Shown one piece after another: positions 1-8,491 of a DNA stretch of 32,000 nt. The notes below the pieces were generated by a model that worked only from the letters and a program-made list of their open reading frames with translations, was not told the DNA's origin and searched no databases. How positions within the stretch are numbered: the stretch's first letter is position 1; every line of letters begins with the position of its first letter. A program made the translations under genes and the position numbers. This DNA is from Acaryochloris marina S15. GTDB taxonomy: Bacteria > Cyanobacteriota > Cyanobacteriia > Thermosynechococcales > Thermosynechococcaceae. The stretch is taken from positions 1,920,001 to 1,952,000 of the forward strand of contig NZ_CP064923.1 in the NCBI RefSeq assembly GCF_018336915.1, given 5' to 3'.

Positions 1-569
1 TGACGTGGCTGAAGCGGCAGCTGATTCAATCCTGGCAGGATCCGAAGGTCCGGGGCCGAATTTTGTTTTTCCACCATCCCCCCTATGTGACCGAAGCCAC
101 AAAGTGGTATCAGGGACAAACCTTAGCAGTGCGGCAAAATCTCCGGTGGGTTCTCAATGAAGTCCAAAGTGAGGTGACTGAACTTATAAAAGGTAGACCT
201 CTAGTCGATTTGATTATCAATGGACATGCCCATTGCCTGGAGTACCTGAAGACGGAAAATACGGGGCATGCAGATTCACATCTCAATTGGGTGATTTGCG
301 GTGGTAGCGGTTTTAGTCTGCGCCGTCAGCGGTCTGAAGGGCCTGAGTTAACGGAAAAACTAGATGGAGAAACAGAGCGTATTGTGGCGCGATCGCAATT
401 CTACATCGGACGATATGGACATGGCTCTCAAAAACATCGACCCTATTCTGGCCTGCGGATTGATGTCAAAGCCGGAACACCTCCCAAAATCATCCTTCAA
501 CCTCTAGTTGCTGAACGATTTCAGCATCAGTGGCAAAATCATGTCATGGATGCAATTGAAATCGGCTGA
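1..569 (+). CDS. Metallophosphoesterase (calcineurin-like), 3' part; the 5' end lies left of the window
   Basis: Frame 3 is open from the window edge (TWLKRQLIQSW...) into the 63..569 ORF. LFFHHPPY and INGHAHCLEY (GHxH) resemble metallophosphatase metal-ligand motifs. Confidence 0.7.
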   Translation, partial: TWLKRQLIQSWQDPKVRGRILFFHHPPYVTEATKWYQGQTLAVRQNLRWVLNEVQSEVTELIKGRPLVDLIINGHAHCLEYLKTENTGHADSHLNWVICGGSGFSLRRQRSEGPELTEKLDGETERIVARSQFYIGRYGHGSQKHRPYSGLRIDVKAGTPPKIILQPLVAERFQHQWQNHVMDAIEIG

Positions 570-585
570 GATTAACTGCTAAACC

Positions 586-632
586 AAGCCCCCAAAGGAA
601 TAACCAATATTCGGCTATTTCTTTGGGGGCTT
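586..632. terminator. Hairpin between convergent genes, possibly a bidirectional terminator
   Basis: AAGCCCCCAAAG (586..597) pairs perfectly with CTTTGGGGGCTT (621..632), and about 5 further pairs extend into the loop. It sits between the stops at 569 (+) and 649 (-). There is no strong U-tract. Confidence 0.45.
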
Positions 633-648
633 ATTGCAACCGGCTGGG

Positions 649-1302
649 TTAGCGAATCGCTGCTGGATTAGTCTGGCAGTCGCAGATAAAACTACTCAAA
701 ATATCTTTCGCCACAGCTAGAGGTCCGGTGCCATCCGATGCTTGTTCGGCAGTGCCGATGAGGCCATCAATGGTTCCAGCCACTTTAGCCACTCGAACAC
801 CATCAACGGTGAGTTGGGAGGTGGGGTACTTCTGCAAAAACTCTAAAAAAGAAATTTGATTATCATCACTTAGAGAGAGCAGGATAGCTGACCGAAGGGC
901 CTGCATATTGGCTTTGCGGCTGGGGGTATGAATGACTTGCCCTGCTTGAAAGAGGGCATATTCTCCAGGTAATATCGTCAAAATTTTATCAGCCGTACGC
1001 AAGTTGACCTTGAGACTTTTGGTCATAAATTGGCGGGCGGTTTCTGGATCTTGCCCTGATACATTCAGGAAGAATTTGAGTTTGGAAGATGCTTTGCCAG
1101 TCTCAGCAAAGGTTTCTAACTCATCAATACTCAGAGATTGACCAAACTGATTGTAAGTAAAGATAACTTTTTCTGCAGCCTGCACAGATGCAGTCGGCGC
1201 GATCAAACTAGTCGCCGAGATGGAGGCGACAGCAGAAAAAGTGAGACCTTTAACCATCCTCCAACGCCTAAATTTTTGAAATACCGAATGCCAAGTGGTC
1301 AT
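649..1302 (-). CDS. Secreted DUF1400-like protein (paralogue 1)
   Basis: ATG at 1302 is preceded by GGAG at about -9. The N-terminal signal-like segment is MTTWHSVFQKFRRWRMVKGLTFSAVASISATSLIAPTASVQA. SLSIDELETFAETGK and ISFLEFLQKYP match my memory of the cyanobacterial DUF1400 region. It is clearly homologous to the next gene. The ORF-track start at 1365 is a GTG with an implausible N-terminus. Confidence 0.55.
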   Translation of the reverse strand: MTTWHSVFQKFRRWRMVKGLTFSAVASISATSLIAPTASVQAAEKVIFTYNQFGQSLSIDELETFAETGKASSKLKFFLNVSGQDPETARQFMTKSLKVNLRTADKILTILPGEYALFQAGQVIHTPSRKANMQALRSAILLSLSDDNQISFLEFLQKYPTSQLTVDGVRVAKVAGTIDGLIGTAEQASDGTGPLAVAKDILSSFICDCQTNPAAIR

Positions 1303-1400
1303 GAATCGACTCCGTAAACAGTAGTGAATCCTTTCAGCAACAAAACAGGGGAATAAGAAGAGCACTCATGGGGACGATGCTCAAATATTCCCTTCAAGAT

Positions 1401-2186
1401 CTATTGAGCTTGAGCTGAACTAGCAGGTGTTTGAGTTGTGGAGGTCGGAGCTTGAAGCATTGACGGAGTAGACTTGGCACTGGATTGCTCTTCTGGTGAA
1501 TTGCTGTTTACCGACACAGTCATTGTGGGTTTTTCTTCTGCACAATTATCAGACACCTTCTCGGCTTGATAGGTTGCTTGTGAATCTTTGCTGGAGGACG
1601 CTTGTGTTGTTTTACAATCGCAAACAAAGTCTGACAATACGTCTTTTGCAACCTCTAGAGCCGGTAATGTTTTTTCGACAAAGCCGCTGACTTGGGTGTA
1701 AGTGCCTTCTAAGTTGGTTACATCAACTCGAATGGTGTTCTGGGGATATTTATCGATAATTTCCATAAAGGAAATTCGCTCATCCTCAATGGAGTTAAGG
1801 ACCGCTGTTTTCAGGGATTCGAGCCCATCTTCTGTTCTGCCAGATGTGCTAGAAATAGTCTGATCAAGCTTGAAGAGTAGAAATTCTCCATTAGAGCCTT
1901 CCAGAAAACTTTGTAAAAAAGTAGGTACAGTGATTTGTTCAGAAAGTGCTTTACGGACAATTCCTGGGAGTTCTAGATCGGTTTCTAGTAGCTTTTTCAA
2001 CGATGTAGGAAGTTCTCCCGTATTGCTGAAGTCATCCAGTTCGCTGCGAGTCACTGTTACTTCGGTGTTTTTATAGCGGACAAATATACTCTCAGCAGCT
2101 TGTGTTTGAGTCGCAAAAAATGAAGTACTAATGGTTGTTAGACCGATAACTCCCCAAGAGAGTAGGGCTTGGAACGCAGTTTTCAT
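1401..2186 (-). CDS. Secreted DUF1400-like protein (paralogue 2) with an S/T/Q/A-rich C-terminal tail
   Basis: ATG at 2186 has GGAG upstream. The signal peptide is MKTAFQALLSWGVIGLTTISTSFFATQTQAAE. It is collinear with the 649..1302 product (RSELDDFSNTGE, ISFMEIIDKYP, FVCDCKT), followed by about 70 low-complexity residues. Confidence 0.6.
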   Translation of the reverse strand: MKTAFQALLSWGVIGLTTISTSFFATQTQAAESIFVRYKNTEVTVTRSELDDFSNTGELPTSLKKLLETDLELPGIVRKALSEQITVPTFLQSFLEGSNGEFLLFKLDQTISSTSGRTEDGLESLKTAVLNSIEDERISFMEIIDKYPQNTIRVDVTNLEGTYTQVSGFVEKTLPALEVAKDVLSDFVCDCKTTQASSSKDSQATYQAEKVSDNCAEEKPTMTVSVNSNSPEEQSSAKSTPSMLQAPTSTTQTPASSAQAQ

Positions 2187-2570
2187 ATGGAGACTCCTTA
2201 CAATGAGCTTAGCTTCTGAAGCGAACAGATTTATCTAAGTTGCTAGCAATGCAACTGTGGTTCGATCCGGTTTATCTGTTGTTCATTGTTATGGGTTGCC
2301 TAGGAATTTCAATCCTCTCTGGGGCTAGGATGCGTTCTCTCAAATTCGGCCTTTGGGAAGATGTATCAACGTAACCTTTATGAAGAGTGATTTTCTGAAA
2401 CGAGAGGATTACAGTTCCTATCGGGAAATCATAGACGAGAGAACCTTCTCACCTTGGCTAAAGCCGCTTAAAACTAAGTGATTCCAAAAGGTGACGGGTA
2501 AATAATTCTGCAGTGCTTACTTCTGCTGGGGGCATCCATTACACTCTATCCCCGAATAGAAAACAAAGGT

Positions 2571-3212
2571 TTAAGTGCCAAGTCGTTCTTGCAAAGCATC
2601 GGACATATAAGCCCGATCTCCTAACCGTTGCAATAGGGGACCATGCTCATCAAATTTCACAATGCTGATGGAGCCTGCCAAACAGTCAATGCGATCGCGA
2701 TATCGTCCTAAATCTATGCCTAACAGTTGGCACAGGATAATCCGGATCGTTGTTTTGTGGGACACCACAAGTACCGGTCCATTACTACAGGTGTCTTCGA
2801 TTTCTGCCATCACTGACATGGCTCGATTGGCCACCTCAACCGCTGTTTCTCCTCCACCCGGTGGAGAATTCCAGGCAGGCTCAGTCATCCAGCGAATGTA
2901 GTCTTCTAAGTATTGTGATTTGACTTCATCCCGTGCCTTCTCTTCCCAATCACCAAAACTCATTTCTCGCAGACCTGCTCGGACCTGTGGCTCCATCCCC
3001 AATGCCTTGCAAAGGGGGGCCGCCGTTGCAGCTGTGCGTTTCATGGGGCTGGTAAAAATAGCCTGCCAGGGCATGTGGGCATAGGCTCGGGCAAACTCCT
3101 CAGCCATTGCTTTACCTGGGTCGGTTAACTCTAGATCAAGTTCACCGCAGAATCCACCGCTTATACTAAATGGCGTCTCACCATGCCGTAAAAAATAGAC
3201 CTGTAGTCCCAT
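2571..3212 (-). CDS. Histidine phosphatase family protein (phosphoglycerate-mutase-like branch)
   Basis: N-terminal LRHGET catalytic motif, plus SPMKRT and VVSHKTTIR (second catalytic His region). 213 aa. Confidence 0.8.
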   Translation of the reverse strand: MGLQVYFLRHGETPFSISGGFCGELDLELTDPGKAMAEEFARAYAHMPWQAIFTSPMKRTAATAAPLCKALGMEPQVRAGLREMSFGDWEEKARDEVKSQYLEDYIRWMTEPAWNSPPGGGETAVEVANRAMSVMAEIEDTCSNGPVLVVSHKTTIRIILCQLLGIDLGRYRDRIDCLAGSISIVKFDEHGPLLQRLGDRAYMSDALQERLGT

Positions 3213-3328
3213 TGTTAAACCGTTCCTAAAGGGATTGTTTTGTTTGAGTTTAGAGTTGACGACTCAGCCAAAGGAGATAAATGGGTTCGTTTCAGTAACT
3301 GTACCGGGCAAATAAGGATGGAGAGCGT

Positions 3329-4429
3329 TCAAGCTGATGCTGTAGCCATACTTTGCTGAAGACGATGACGGATGGCTACTTTTTCTAGCAAACCCATCAG
3401 CACCCCACTTTCGTTAACCACCGCTATGGTTTGCAGTTTTTCTTTGTCCAGAAGAGCCACAATATCTAGCAGTGATTGATTGGACTGCACGACAGGGGGG
3501 AGTACCGTTGGCTGTAAGATTTCTTGGACTGACACTTGGGGCCATTTCATAGTGGGAACAGTATTCAGATCTTCTAAGTTGACGGACCCCACGAGCTGTC
3601 CTTTCTCATCGACGACGAGAAACTTAGAAACCTTACCCTGATAAGGGATAGCCTGATTGGCAAGCTGTCGGAGGGAATCATTGAGTTCAATCACAAACTC
3701 ACCTTCGGTCACCACATCTGCTGCAGTGTATCGACTCAGCTCTTCCTGAAGCTTAGAAGATTGGAACGCTCGCCCTGCATTTTGGTACAAGAACCAACCA
3801 ATCAGTGCATTCCAGACACTGAGACTCAGGATACCGGATGCGATCGCAACACCACCCACAACCTGTCCAGCGCGGGCTGCGATTCTGATGCCTCGATAGC
3901 GATTGCCCGTAAACTTCCACACCGCTGCTTTTAGAACATTTCCACCATCTAAGGGTAGGCCTGGAATCATATTGAACAAAGCAAGGAATAGGTTAATCGT
4001 GGCGAGAAACCCAACGATGGCAGCAATCGGGCCGCTAGGCAGCATCATGCCTCCATAGGAGAGGAGCGCCCAAAGGAGAACGCTGACGGCAGGACCGGCG
4101 ATGGCAATAGCAAATGCCCCTGAAGGTGTTTTAGATTCTTCCTCTAGACTGGCGAGTCCACCAAACAGAAAGAGTGAAATGGACTTAACCTCAATTCCTT
4201 GTTGCATCGCCACCAGGCTATGACCGAGTTCATGGGCGAGTACCGAACTAAACAGCAAAAGTGCTGTTCCAAAGCCTAGGAGCCAGGGTCCAATCCCGAT
4301 TAACTCTGGAAACTGAGCAGCTAGACCATTGCCATAGGTCCAAGAAAAAAACGCTAACACCAGAAACCATGATGCATTGAGATAGAAAGGGATGCCAAAG
4401 AGGCTACCTAGTCTAAAGTTACTGTTCAT
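3329..4429 (-). CDS. Site-2 protease family (peptidase M50) membrane metalloprotease with C-terminal CBS-like region
   Basis: HELGHSLVA (HExxH) lies in a polytopic membrane N-half. NMIPGLPLDGG is the second M50 motif. The soluble C-terminal ~130 aa is typical of a CBS pair. Confidence 0.8.
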   Translation of the reverse strand: MNSNFRLGSLFGIPFYLNASWFLVLAFFSWTYGNGLAAQFPELIGIGPWLLGFGTALLLFSSVLAHELGHSLVAMQQGIEVKSISLFLFGGLASLEEESKTPSGAFAIAIAGPAVSVLLWALLSYGGMMLPSGPIAAIVGFLATINLFLALFNMIPGLPLDGGNVLKAAVWKFTGNRYRGIRIAARAGQVVGGVAIASGILSLSVWNALIGWFLYQNAGRAFQSSKLQEELSRYTAADVVTEGEFVIELNDSLRQLANQAIPYQGKVSKFLVVDEKGQLVGSVNLEDLNTVPTMKWPQVSVQEILQPTVLPPVVQSNQSLLDIVALLDKEKLQTIAVVNESGVLMGLLEKVAIRHRLQQSMATASA

Positions 4430-4856
4430 GAAAAAACTCCTAATCGATGGATGAGCAATCCTCCTCGAAAGGTCTGCGATATTGCTCCTTACCTGTAATT
4501 GTAACGAAGTGTAAACTTTTACTGTTCCGTAGTAACCGCTCTGAAGCGTTCGGTTCTCCTGTGGGGTGGTTCAGTTACCCAGCGCTGATCTAACTCAACG
4601 CCCTTAAGAGAGACTTGCCAGACGGTACTGGGCCAATCAATGGGTTGAGCAGATTGCAGAAAGTCAATCCGTTGATCAGAATTGAGGACTTTTCCTTGTA
4701 AAATTTCTCAGGCTCTAGCCGTCAAGCTTTCAGTTTGGCTACATTGCCAGCTAATCCTGTTAGAGAATTGTGCTCCAATCCTAGACTGATCAACTTTATC
4801 GATTGCCTCCAAAAAACTTCGTAGACTGTTGGTATTGCTATAAGGGAGAAATCCTG

Positions 4857-5354
4857 ATGGGATACACTCGCATTCTGGCAGCAATAGATGCTTCATCTTT
4901 GCGATCGATTGTGTATGAGCAGGCTTTGGAAACGGCTCAACTTCACCAAGCTGAGTTATTGCTGTTGCATACTATTGAAGCGGATATTAGTGCATCGTCG
5001 GGAACGCCTCTCGATACTGGTTACCTCTCTCCATCTGTGGTGGATCTGCAGATGGCTCAGCAAGCTTGGGAGGTGCAACTTGCAGACGCAACACAATGGC
5101 TCCAGGAATTTTGCCAAATTGCAGAACAGCAAGGCGTGAAGGCAACCTTTGAAGCTGAGTTGGGAAATCCAGGGTATCAAGTGTGCGATCGCGCTCGGGA
5201 TTGGCAGGCTGACTTAATCGTTGTAGGACGACATGGCCGCACTGGCTTAACTGAACTCATATTGGGAAGTGTCAGCAATCACGTCGTTCACCATGCCTCT
5301 TGTTCCGTCTTGGTGATTCAGGGAGAAGAAACGGTTGTGGACGTGTCCGACTAA
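4857..5354 (+). CDS. Universal stress protein (UspA family)
   Basis: ATG at 4857 is preceded by AAGGGAGAA; the track start at 4803 is a TTG. RILAAIDAS...LLLLH and VVGRHGRTGLTELILGSVSNHVVHHASCSVLVI give the G-x2-G-x9-G-S nucleotide-binding motif. Confidence 0.85.
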   Translation: MGYTRILAAIDASSLRSIVYEQALETAQLHQAELLLLHTIEADISASSGTPLDTGYLSPSVVDLQMAQQAWEVQLADATQWLQEFCQIAEQQGVKATFEAELGNPGYQVCDRARDWQADLIVVGRHGRTGLTELILGSVSNHVVHHASCSVLVIQGEETVVDVSD

Positions 5355-5413
5355 CTGTAGCCTTTGGGAGTTTTAAGGTGATTCAGTAGGATTCTCCGGT
5401 GCTATAGTTCGTT

Positions 5414-5438
5414 GCCACCAACCTTCAAGGTTGGTGGC
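5414..5438. terminator. Near-perfect hairpin between convergent USP and HdeD-like genes
   Basis: GCCACCAACCTT-C-AAGGTTGGTGGC has 12-nt complementary arms. No clear U-tract on either strand. Confidence 0.4.
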
Positions 5439-5483
5439 AGACAGAAGGGAAGAGTTTAACAGATGCATGACATCAGCCCTTTC

Positions 5484-6065
5484 CTAGCTAGCTTGGGGTT
5501 GCTGAGGACCTGAACCAAACAGATCGGTTCCAGCTAGGCCAAAGATCACCATAGGCCAACCATCAGAGATCAGGTTTAAGCCCACGAGAAGACCTAAAAT
5601 CCAGGCAGAGTCAGCAGGCCAGCCCAACATAATGGAAACACCAAACACCACAGCAAACAAACCGCTACCCAGGGTCCAATACCAGCCAGACTCTTCTTCT
5701 CGCATGCGGATCGCCATGATGGCTTGCAAAATACCTTCTACGAGAATGAAAGATCCAATTGCAAGGGTCAGGCTGAGGACACCTTGAAGGGGATAAAACA
5801 GCAGCAATGCACTAGAGCCAATGTAGCCTGCACCTAGCAAGAGCTTAAAGACTAAGCTTTTGACATTAGCGCGAGACCGATAGGCATAAATCAGTTGAAT
5901 AATACCGCTGCTAAAAAAGACGCTCGCAATGACTAGCTCAGTGGCTAGGGTGCTGATAAAGGGCATGGCAATAGCCACAACTCCTAAGACGACGAGCAAT
6001 GCCCCCAGGGCAATAGACCATTTCCCTAATGAGGGGTCGTTGTTTTGTATATCTTGGTTACTCAT
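5484..6065 (-). CDS. HdeD/DUF308-family small membrane protein
   Basis: 193 aa with about six hydrophobic helices. The repeated G-rich helix pattern (ALGALLVVLGVVAIAMPF, FSSGIIQLIYAY, ILVEGILQAIMAI) is typical of DUF308. Confidence 0.6.
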   Translation of the reverse strand: MSNQDIQNNDPSLGKWSIALGALLVVLGVVAIAMPFISTLATELVIASVFFSSGIIQLIYAYRSRANVKSLVFKLLLGAGYIGSSALLLFYPLQGVLSLTLAIGSFILVEGILQAIMAIRMREEESGWYWTLGSGLFAVVFGVSIMLGWPADSAWILGLLVGLNLISDGWPMVIFGLAGTDLFGSGPQQPQAS

Positions 6066-6085
6066 GTAAAAATCCTTTTGTACTG

Positions 6086-6093
6086 CGAAATTT
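6086..6093. repeat. Left target-site duplication of the IS1-family element (CGAAATTT)
   Basis: An identical 8-mer recurs at 8492..8499, directly abutting the outer ends of the terminal inverted repeats. Confidence 0.8.
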
Positions 6094-6157
6094 GGTCGTG
6101 CCTCAAGTAATTGTGGGTTGAGTATACTAGAGGCTCAGCTCAGCTTCTAACCTACCC

Positions 6158-6442
6158 ATGCAATGCCCACTATGCGGTCATTCCAAAGCACACAAGCATG
6201 GCAAGATGCCCAACATGCTTCAACGATACCGTTGTCCTGAGTGCCAGCAGACCTTTACTGAACGCTTTGATACCCTTTACTATCGTCGTCAGGTGAGTCC
6301 AGAGCAGGTCCGACAAGTTCTCCAAGCCCATGCAGAAGGGAGTAGTCTTCGAGGTATCACTCGGACCAGTGGCCTGGCTTACAACACTGTAGTCTCTCTA
6401 GTAAGAGCTGCTAGCCAACGATCTCAGCAACTCCATAATGGG
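6158..6442 (+). pseudogene. IS1-family transposase, N-terminal (InsA-like zinc-finger + HTH) fragment
   Basis: CPLCGHSKAHKHGK...YRCPECQQTF is a Cys4 zinc finger, followed by an HTH-like GSSLRGITRTSGLAYNTVVSLV. The reading frame is cut after ...QQLHNG by the nested IS. The track ORF runs on to a stop at 6451 inside the inserted element. Confidence 0.8.
6431..6440. repeat. Left target-site duplication of the nested IS (CTCCATAAT[G])
   Basis: The same 10-mer recurs at 7926..7935. The length is 9 or 10 bp, depending on whether G6440/C7925 belong to the inverted repeats. Confidence 0.75.
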
Positions 6443-7924
6443 CGTATTTAGCGGATCGGGGATGCCTTAGTTTTCGGAATGGTCACCTCTGGGAATAAGG
6501 AGTCAAACCGTTCATTGACCCAGGCAATTCTCAAGATCAGTAAATGGTTGAAACCATCCTCACTCCAGCGCATGCCAACTCCCTTAAAGCGCTGCTGAAT
6601 CAACCACTTGCATGCACTTTCAACCATTCCTGACCCGAGAGGAATCTGTTGCTGTTCAAAGTGCCGATAACGGATGTGGTTATGATGGCGTTGGAAATAA
6701 GCCTGCACCTGGAGCAACGTTGAAAAAGACTTTCCCGTTAACAGTTGTGAGTGAATCAATATCGTCAAGGACCGTAATACAAGTAGGTGTTGCCCGTGTC
6801 GCAATTGGTGTCGCCAGTGCCGGAACCAGGCTTGGGCTTGAGCAGAGCGGGCATCTCCAAACATCGCTTTAGTTGCTCGTGCCAGATGGCCTGCTGAATG
6901 AAAAAAGTCGAGGACTGCCACAGCACAATGAGAGAACAAGGTGCGATAGACTCGCCAGAAGCCTCGTCCCCCATCACTGAGCCAGATGACTTTTGGAGCA
7001 GATTCAAAGTCTTGTTTGTGAGCTTCGAGTTGAAGTAAAGGGATGAACTGGTCGATATCGCCCAATACTGCCACCAGTCTTCGACGCAGTAATTGGGGGA
7101 CCTCCTTTTTAGCTCGGGTAACCCGTGTTCCCAGGCGAGCTAAGATGGCGACTTTGACTTCTCGCCACTGGATTTTTCCCTTGGGTGAGTTCGGGGTGGG
7201 GCGAAAGGGGACCATCACACCATCGGCGGCAATGGCCAAAGGTAGAGCAGATAACATCTCTGAAATCGCTTCACAAGGGGCCTGAGTCCCTGATGATTGA
7301 GCGTTGAGTTGAGCTTCTAATTCCTGCTGAGCTTTGTTACCCACGGATTGCACCCAGTTCCACAAACTGGATGGACTCACGGATAGACCACTCCACTGAC
7401 CCAGCATCCAACTGGCCAGTTCATAGGGCATGAACAGACTCAACAAGCAGCCCAGACGCACCAGTTCTTCGCTGCTGTGCTGATAGGGGGCAATCCCAAT
7501 GGCTTGATCCAGGGGAGTCAACAGACTGCCTGGACATCCTTTGGGACAACGGCCCACCCGTCGCTTTCAAGAGATAGTGCCTACCAGTGTCTGCATCTGA
7601 CGAGATTCCCATCCCTTCGAATGTAAGCGGGTTCCGCAGGTAGTACATACAGGCCATACAAATACTGCTTTCGCGCGCCTTGAGAGTTCATCCTCCAGAA
7701 GACAGCGAGCTAGAAACAAGCCCATTTGCAGAACGATATAAACCATCTGACTCAGGCTGGTTGATACTTTGAGTGCTTCAGTTTGTTCTAGAAATTCGTC
7801 ATGGGCTAGCACGGTTAGCAATTGCGATGGTAGGGTCATGATAGTTTTTTGGTTCGGGTACAGGATCTATTGTCCTTGACCCGTTTTTCTTTGAGCCATG
7901 CATCCCCGATCCTTTGCTTACGCC
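6441..7924 (-). mobile_element. ISKra4-like insertion sequence nested inside the IS1-family element
   Basis: The terminal IRs are GGCGTATTTAGCGGATCGGGGATGC (6441..6465) and the reverse complement of 7900..7924, GGCGTAAGCAAAGGATCGGGGATGC (20/25 match). It has a 9-10 bp flanking direct repeat and one long transposase frame on the minus strand. Removing 6441..7935 restores a continuous IS1 transposase frame (...QQLHNGQVQAVETEDVSADEMWSFV...). Confidence 0.75.
6448..7839 (-). pseudogene. DDE transposase, ISKra4-like, interrupted by one in-frame TGA (7567..7569)
   Basis: ORFs 7567..7839 and 6448..7557 are in the same frame, reading ...LVGTIS-TGA-KRRVGRCPKGC... Motifs recalled for ISKra4-type transposases are present: ADGVMVPFR, WREVKV, WLSDGGRGFW, LDFFHSAGHL and GSGMVESACKWLIQQRFKGVGMRWSEDG. 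The family assignment is from memory only. Confidence 0.6.
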
Positions 7925-7925
7925 C

Positions 7926-7935
7926 CTCCATAATG
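7926..7935. repeat. Right target-site duplication of the nested IS (CTCCATAATG)
   Basis: Identical to 6431..6440 and directly follows the right IR of the nested element. Confidence 0.75.
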
Positions 7936-7937
7936 GC

Positions 7938-8482
7938 CAAGTGCAAGCCGTTGAAACGGAGGATGTCAGTGCAGATGAAATGTGGTCCTTTGTGAAAAAA
8001 AGCAAAAACACTGTCTTCCCCATGAGCTAGAGATGGGTGATTGTTGGATGGCGATTACCTTGGCAAACACAAGCGGCGTGATCCTCTCGTGTCGTGTGGG
8101 CAAGCACACCGATTCATTATTGAATGAACTGGTGACTAGCACTGAAGGTAAGACCGATTGCAAGGACTGGAATAGCGACGATTGGGGGGGGTACGAAAGA
8201 GTGTTGCCTTGGGAGATTGACCATTACATTGGCAAGGACAGAACTCAACGACTCGAACGCACCAATGGCATTATTCGGCAGCACAGTGGTCGATGGCATC
8301 GACGCCAGAACAAATTTGGCAAAGTGTGGGCGCAAACCAAAGTCACTGCTCGATTAGTGGTCAGCTATTTCAATTGGATTTGGACACACAGTCGGCTTAA
8401 AACAACGGCGGCACAACGTGCTGATCTAGCCTCGCGAACTTGGCATTGGGATGACATACTCACCTACCCCACAATTGTTTGA
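7938..8482 (+). pseudogene. IS1-family transposase, C-terminal (InsB-like DDE) part; needs a -1 shift in the A7 run at 7995..8001
   Basis: Frame 3 reads QVQAVETEDVSADEMWSFVKK (7938..8000) and then stops at 8028..8030. Frame 2 continues KQKHCLPHELEMGDCWMAI...DWNSDDWGGYERVL...RTNGIIRQHSGRWHRRQNKF...SYFNWIWTH to the TGA at 8480..8482. DExWxFV and the D...D/W-G-Y...R-x-N spacing are IS1-like. Confidence 0.7.
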
Positions 8483-8491
8483 TGCACGACC

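Larger units (their letters stand above)
6094..8491 (+). mobile_element. IS1-family insertion sequence, inactivated by a nested IS
   Basis: IRL is GGTCGTGCCTCAAGTAATTGTGGG (6094..6117). The reverse complement of 8468..8491 is GGTCGTGCATCAAACAATTGTGGG, matching at 21/24. It is flanked by the 8-bp direct repeat CGAAATTT. It encodes an InsA-like zinc-finger/HTH part and an InsB-like DDE part, and the transposase stop lies inside IRR. Confidence 0.85.

Noticed and set aside
2239-2250. The 12-mer GTTGCTAGCAAT (palindromic core TTGCTAGCAA) repeated at 2239..2250 and 8894..8905, both just upstream of gene starts
   Set aside because: A rough estimate gives tens of chance 12-mer repeats, and about 30 ten-bp palindromes, in 32 kb on both strands. 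It is not significant without conservation data.
4525-4896. Two minus-strand open stretches in the same frame separated by a single TGA (4708..4896 plus about 62 codons down to about 4525); possible gene relic between the M50 protease and USP genes
   Set aside because: The upstream half overlaps the USP start region antisense. The downstream half has no start codon, and I cannot match either to any family. It is probably chance open frame in a 427-bp divergent regulatory region.
6612-7285. Plus-strand ORFs 6612..6872 and 7043..7285, and the minus-strand ORF 6765..7007
   Set aside because: All are nested within or antisense to the long ISKra4-like transposase frame, which carries recognisable transposase motifs.
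6094-8491. Absence of HIP1 octamers inside the two IS elements as evidence of foreign origin
   Set aside because: At the observed density of about one site per 2 kb, only about one site is expected in 2.4 kb, so zero is not informative.
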